A stretch of DNA of 64,000 nucleotides from Clostridia bacterium. GTDB taxonomy: Bacteria; Bacillota; Clostridia; Christensenellales; JBMNLC01. Below the pieces are notes generated by a model. It was given only the letters and a program-made list of their open reading frames with translations, did no database searches and had not been told where the DNA came from. The DNA lies in assembly GCA_050952525.1 (NCBI GenBank), contig JBMNLC010000001.1, forward strand, positions 340,123 through 404,122. Reading direction: 5' to 3'. A program made the position numbers and the translations under genes. Shown piece by piece: positions 59,786 to 64,000 of the stretch (position 1 is its first letter; each line of letters begins with the position of its first letter).

Positions 59786-61336
59786 ATGCTGAAGCTAGTG
59801 ACTCCTGACGAGGCAGTTCGGCTGGACACTGAAGCCATTAAGGAATTTTGCATTCCCGGCGTGGTGCTGATGGAGAATGCCGCTCTCCGCGTGGCAGACC
59901 GGATTCAAAAGCGTTGGGAAGGGAATCTGGAGGGCAAAAAAATTGGTATTCTCTGTGGGCCCGGGAATAATGGAGGAGATGGCCTGGCAGTGGCGCGCCA
60001 TCTTTTTCAAAGGGGCGGGATCCCTGTCGTTCTTATCATAGGAAATCGGGAGAAAATAAAAGGGGATGCTCTGATAAATCTCAATATCCTGGAAAAGCTT
60101 CCAGTGGATATTAGCTATATTCAGAGCGTAGAAGACTGGACAGAAAAGAAGGCAAAACTCCTAGGATCCCGTCTTCTGGTGGACAGCCTTTTCGGAACCG
60201 GCCTTTCCAGAAGGATTGAGGGGGTCGGCGCTGCCATGATTGAGTGGATGAACGCTTCGGGCATTCCTGTCCTGTCTGTGGATATTCCTTCGGGTATCGA
60301 CGGCAGAACAGGCGCCATAAGGGGAACTGCTGTCATAGCAGAGGGGACGGTTACCTTTTCCTTTCCAAAACTGGGTCACTGTTTATATCCCGGGCGGGAT
60401 CATACCGGTATTTTATATGTGGAGGACATATCCATTCCTCCTCAACTGGGGACAAGGATTCAAAGGGAAATATTAGAGGATCAGGATATTAAAGGTTTTC
60501 TTCCTCTGCGTCGTGCCAACACCCACAAGGGCAACTATGGTAAACTTGCCGTAATAGCTGGTTCGAAGGGCCTTGTAGGAGCGGGTGCCTTGACGGCTAC
60601 GGCGGCTTTGCGGATGGGCTGTGGCCTTGTGACCCTGGGAGTTCCCAAAAGTCTGCTGCCGGTCTATGAGACAAAAATGACCGAAATTATGACCTTTCCC
60701 CTTCCTGATGAAGGGGGTAGCCTGGGTCCGAACAGTATGGATGCGGTTCATCAGCTCCTGTTGGACAAGGATTGTCTGGCCATCGGTCCCGGTTTGGGAA
60801 AAAGGGACGGTATTTTTGAAATTTTAAGGAATATTCTTGAAGAATATGATATACCAATAGTAATAGACGCAGATGGTATCAATCATATATGCCAAGATAT
60901 GAATGTATTGGGGCGGGCTAAAGGAGAGGTGATCCTGACTCCTCATCCCGGTGAAATGGCCAGGCTGACTGGAAGAGGTATTGAGGAAATTACCAGGAAT
61001 CCTGTGGAAATAGCCATGGAATTCGCTGCACGATGGGGAATCACCCTCATACTAAAGGGAAGCACTTCCGTTATTGCCCACAGGGATGGCAGACTTAGCT
61101 TAAATCTCACGGGGAATCCCGGTATGGCAACAGGGGGAAGCGGGGATGTGCTCACCGGTATGATCGCAGCTTTACTGTGTCAAGGATTGGATGCCTATGA
61201 TGCCACTCGGGTTGCCAGTTATATCCATGGAAAAGCCGGGGACTGGAGCGCAGCGATTAAGGGTGAATATGCCCTGACCGCCGGAGATATTATTGAAGGG
61301 ATGCCGGCTGTTCTAAAAGAGCTAATAGGGAGATAG
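59786..61336 (+). CDS. nnr: Bifunctional NAD(P)HX epimerase/dehydratase
   Basis: GNNGGDG, DIPSG, HKGNYG, TPHPGE and GSGDVL motifs. Confidence 0.92.
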   Translation: MLKLVTPDEAVRLDTEAIKEFCIPGVVLMENAALRVADRIQKRWEGNLEGKKIGILCGPGNNGGDGLAVARHLFQRGGIPVVLIIGNREKIKGDALINLNILEKLPVDISYIQSVEDWTEKKAKLLGSRLLVDSLFGTGLSRRIEGVGAAMIEWMNASGIPVLSVDIPSGIDGRTGAIRGTAVIAEGTVTFSFPKLGHCLYPGRDHTGILYVEDISIPPQLGTRIQREILEDQDIKGFLPLRRANTHKGNYGKLAVIAGSKGLVGAGALTATAALRMGCGLVTLGVPKSLLPVYETKMTEIMTFPLPDEGGSLGPNSMDAVHQLLLDKDCLAIGPGLGKRDGIFEILRNILEEYDIPIVIDADGINHICQDMNVLGRAKGEVILTPHPGEMARLTGRGIEEITRNPVEIAMEFAARWGITLILKGSTSVIAHRDGRLSLNLTGNPGMATGGSGDVLTGMIAALLCQGLDAYDATRVASYIHGKAGDWSAAIKGEYALTAGDIIEGMPAVLKELIGR

Positions 61337-61338
61337 CA

Positions 61339-61995
61339 ATGATGGAGACAGGAAGGAAACTTGATGCGACAATCGCTGTTCTGCTTCTTATCGTGCTTCT
61401 GGCAGGCGGATGTACGAGAATTTCTTCGTACGATTATATTAGCAGGACGGTATCCTTCCTAAACAGCCTGGAGAGCTATTATGCTGTTGTGAAAATGGAA
61501 ATTCAGGATGATGAGGAAAGTCGTATCTACCGTTACAGGCAGTGGGTGCGCCTGCCCAGTCATTACCGATTGGAAGTCATTGAGCCAAAATCCATTGCAG
61601 GTAAGGTGACGGCTTCCAACGGAAAAGTAACATGGATGACCCATCCAAGGATCAAGGAAGTCGTGGAGTTGGAATTCCCTGAGCTATATCAAAATGTCCC
61701 CCTCTTTATCGGCGACTTTTTATCAAAGTATTGGGATTCTGAAAAAGCATCTGCGAAGGAGACGACAATTGATGGAAAATCCTGCGTCATACTATCCTAC
61801 CCATCCGTCGGCAGGAATCCCGGCTATGCCCTGGAAAGGATCATCATGGATAAAAAGGAGAAAAGGCCCCTTTTTATTACGGTGTACGATCAAGAAGGCA
61901 AGGAAGTGGTGAAAGTTACTTTTGAAGAGTTCCGGCCCGTTTCCCACTTGGAGGATGATTTATTTGAGGCTTCGGAATCTCCTGCAGAGGGATAG
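61339..61995 (+). CDS. LolA-fold lipoprotein (GerS/YdcC-like)
   Basis: Lipobox AGGC; YRLEVIEP...G...SNG..W motif; syntenic position after acpS. Confidence 0.7.
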   Translation: MMETGRKLDATIAVLLLIVLLAGGCTRISSYDYISRTVSFLNSLESYYAVVKMEIQDDEESRIYRYRQWVRLPSHYRLEVIEPKSIAGKVTASNGKVTWMTHPRIKEVVELEFPELYQNVPLFIGDFLSKYWDSEKASAKETTIDGKSCVILSYPSVGRNPGYALERIIMDKKEKRPLFITVYDQEGKEVVKVTFEEFRPVSHLEDDLFEASESPAEG

Positions 61996-62180
61996 GTTGG
62001 CGGTTGATTCGTCCATGGCAGGAATTGCAGACAACAATTTCACGAATTATGGGATATTTATTTGGCGATTGTAAAATACTTGTTAGTAATATATAATAGG
62101 ATATATGATTTTATATGGATAAACTCCTGCATGAATTTACCTGTCTAACCATATAAATAATGATAGTAGGAGGTGCCATC

Positions 62181-62456
62181 ATGGCTGAGTTAAAGAAGAT
62201 CCTGGTGAGCTTGCCCGATAGCTTGCTGCGGGAAGTGGATGAGATTGTTTCCATGGAAAAAAAGAACAGAAGTGAATTTATTCGAGAAGCAATGAAACTT
62301 TACATCCGTGAAAGGCATAGAATAGAAATAAGAGAGAAAATGAAAAAGGGCTATGAGGAAATGGCCAGGATTAACAGAGAACTAGCCGAGGCGGGTTTTA
62401 ATTCAGATAACAAAGCTTATGAAGATTATGAAGCGTTATTAGCGGAGTGTGAGTAG
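62181..62456 (+). CDS. ndoAI: RHH antitoxin (EndoAI/MazE-type)
   Basis: AGGAGG RBS; LPDSLL.EVD...[10 protein letters not shown] and MKKGYEEMA motifs; overlaps the toxin gene. Confidence 0.88.
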   Translation: MAELKKILVSLPDSLLREVDEIVSMEKKNRSEFIREAMKLYIRERHRIEIREKMKKGYEEMARINRELAEAGFNSDNKAYEDYEALLAECE

Positions 62457-62808
62457 AATTATGGTTAGACGAGGAGAAATCTATTATGCTGATTTGAGTC
62501 CTGTCGTTGGATCGGAGCAGGGTGGTATAAGACCGGTTTTAATCGTTCAGAATGATATTGGGAATAAGTACAGCCCAACTGTAATCATTTCGGCTATTAC
62601 ATCTCAGATCAATAAGGCAAAATTGCCTACCCATATTGAGATAAGTGCATCAGAATACGGTTTACCGAAGGATTCCGTTATTCTGCTGGAGCAGATTCGT
62701 ACCATCGACAAGAAGCGATTAAAGGATAAGATCGGCTACCTTTCACCTGAAATGATGAAAAAAGTAGATGAAGCACTGGAAATCAGTTTTGGACTGATTG
62801 ATCTGTAA
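62449..62808 (+). CDS. ndoA: MazF/EndoA mRNA interferase toxin
   Basis: [24 protein letters not shown] and EQIRTIDK motifs. Confidence 0.95.
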   Translation: MSRIMVRRGEIYYADLSPVVGSEQGGIRPVLIVQNDIGNKYSPTVIISAITSQINKAKLPTHIEISASEYGLPKDSVILLEQIRTIDKKRLKDKIGYLSPEMMKKVDEALEISFGLIDL

Positions 62809-62963
62809 ACTGGAATGGGGACAGCCTATAAAGGGTTGTCTTTTACATTTTTTTCATAGTTATTGCTGTAGTATGATAAAATGCAAATAAAATGGACAAG
62901 ATTGGTAATAATTCGAATAGACGATTAGGAACGGGCGTAGATTTGCAAGAGATAAGGAGTTAT

Positions 62964-63833
62964 ATGAGAAGAGGTATGATGAAACGATATGAACAGTTCT
63001 ACGACTATTTTTTGATTGTGATCGGCACCCTTATTACAGCATTGGCGTTTAATTTTTTCCTCATTCCCAGCAAAATAGCTCCCGGGGGTGTGAGTGGTAT
63101 TGCCACAATATTTTACTACCTTTTCCGCCTTCCAGTAGGTGTGGTTATGCTGGCGATCAACATTCCCTTATTCTTAATCGGCATTAAGGAGTTAGGGATG
63201 GGATTCGGCCTAAAGACCTTTATTTCTACCATATTACTGTCTCTGATGATTGACGTCATAAAAGTTCCTTCTTTGACCCAGGATGTTTTTCTTGCCTCCA
63301 TCTACGGAGGCATATTGATGGGGATAGGACTGGGAATTGTATTTAGGGCCAACGCTACGACCGGCGGTACAGATTTGGCGGCAAAGATTGTACATAAATT
63401 TATCCCCATCATAGGGGTAGGATGGGTCTTGTTTATCATCGATTTTCTGGTGGTGGCCGCTGCAGGGATTATTTTTGGCCCTGAGCAAGCCTTGTATGCC
63501 TTGGTATCCCTTTACCTGGGAGCCAAGTTGATTGATCTGATCCAGGAAGGCATGAACAGTGCAAAGGCTTTTTTTATCATCTCGAATCATCCCCAACGGA
63601 TTTCACAGCGTATTTTGCAGGAGATGGACCGTGGCGTAACCGGTTTATACGGTAAGGGGATGTACAGCGGCTATGATAAGGATGTCCTTCTCTGTGTCAT
63701 TAGTCGCATGGAAGTGGCCAAATTAAAGCAAATCGTCTCTGAGGAGGATCCCACAGCATTTCTGATTGTAGCGGATGTCCGTGAGGTCCTGGGAGAAGGA
63801 TTCACTGCATCCGCCAGCTTCCATAGCAAATAG
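62964..63833 (+). CDS. YitT/DUF161 family membrane protein
   Basis: GGVSGIA, TTGGTD, RGVT...GMY, DP.AF and EVLGEGF motifs. Confidence 0.9.
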   Translation: MRRGMMKRYEQFYDYFLIVIGTLITALAFNFFLIPSKIAPGGVSGIATIFYYLFRLPVGVVMLAINIPLFLIGIKELGMGFGLKTFISTILLSLMIDVIKVPSLTQDVFLASIYGGILMGIGLGIVFRANATTGGTDLAAKIVHKFIPIIGVGWVLFIIDFLVVAAAGIIFGPEQALYALVSLYLGAKLIDLIQEGMNSAKAFFIISNHPQRISQRILQEMDRGVTGLYGKGMYSGYDKDVLLCVISRMEVAKLKQIVSEEDPTAFLIVADVREVLGEGFTASASFHSK

Positions 63834-63848
63834 AAGAATAAAAAGATA

Positions 63849-63867
63849 GCCTCCCTTTCGGGAGGCC
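63849..63867. terminator. Bidirectional terminator
   Basis: gcctccc-tttc-gggaggc hairpin between convergent genes. Confidence 0.7.
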
Positions 63868-63876
63868 ATTTTATTT

Positions 63877-64000
63877 CTACTTCATTTGAAAACCAACGGA
63901 GAAAAGGAAACGGTTAAAGGCTGAACGGCCTTCCTCCGTGTCTTTGAATACACCTGCATGCTCCAGGACCTTCACGCATTTTGCCGCTACGGCATCCCGG
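63877..64000 (-). CDS. galT: Galactose-1-phosphate uridylyltransferase (class II), 3' end only
   Basis: Hand translation gives ...KVLEHAGVFKDTEEGRSAFNRFL...*, matching the Firmicute GalT C-terminus. Confidence 0.7.
   Translation of the reverse strand, partial: RDAVAAKCVKVLEHAGVFKDTEEGRSAFNRFLFSVGFQMK

Overview
Chromosomal window from a spore-forming, probably thermophilic Clostridia-like (Bacillota) bacterium; the taxonomy is inferred from gene content only. In order it holds: GH51/GH127 arabinofuranosidase genes; a decayed hybrid sugar-ABC/MacAB-like operon; a five-gene redox cluster of unknown substrate; a putP pseudogene; a spore-protein-rich block with repeated sigmaK-like promoters; a melA/uxaE/LacI/uxaC hexuronate locus; a Fur/Zur-linked ECF metal transporter; a divergent GAF histidine kinase and STAND adenylate cyclase pair; recX; a MoxR/DUF58/transglutaminase operon; a dead ISLre2 element; and birA-acpS-nnr-gerS-like-mazEF, yitT and the 3' end of galT. 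The most striking unexplained signal is a ~400-nt non-coding element (22655-23057). By hand it folds on the + strand into nine 15-18 bp G-U-rich helices around a six-way junction with a repeated GAY/GUCG end motif, making it a strong candidate large structured RNA. No rRNA, tRNA or CRISPR array was seen. All calls come from manual motif reading, with no database searches.
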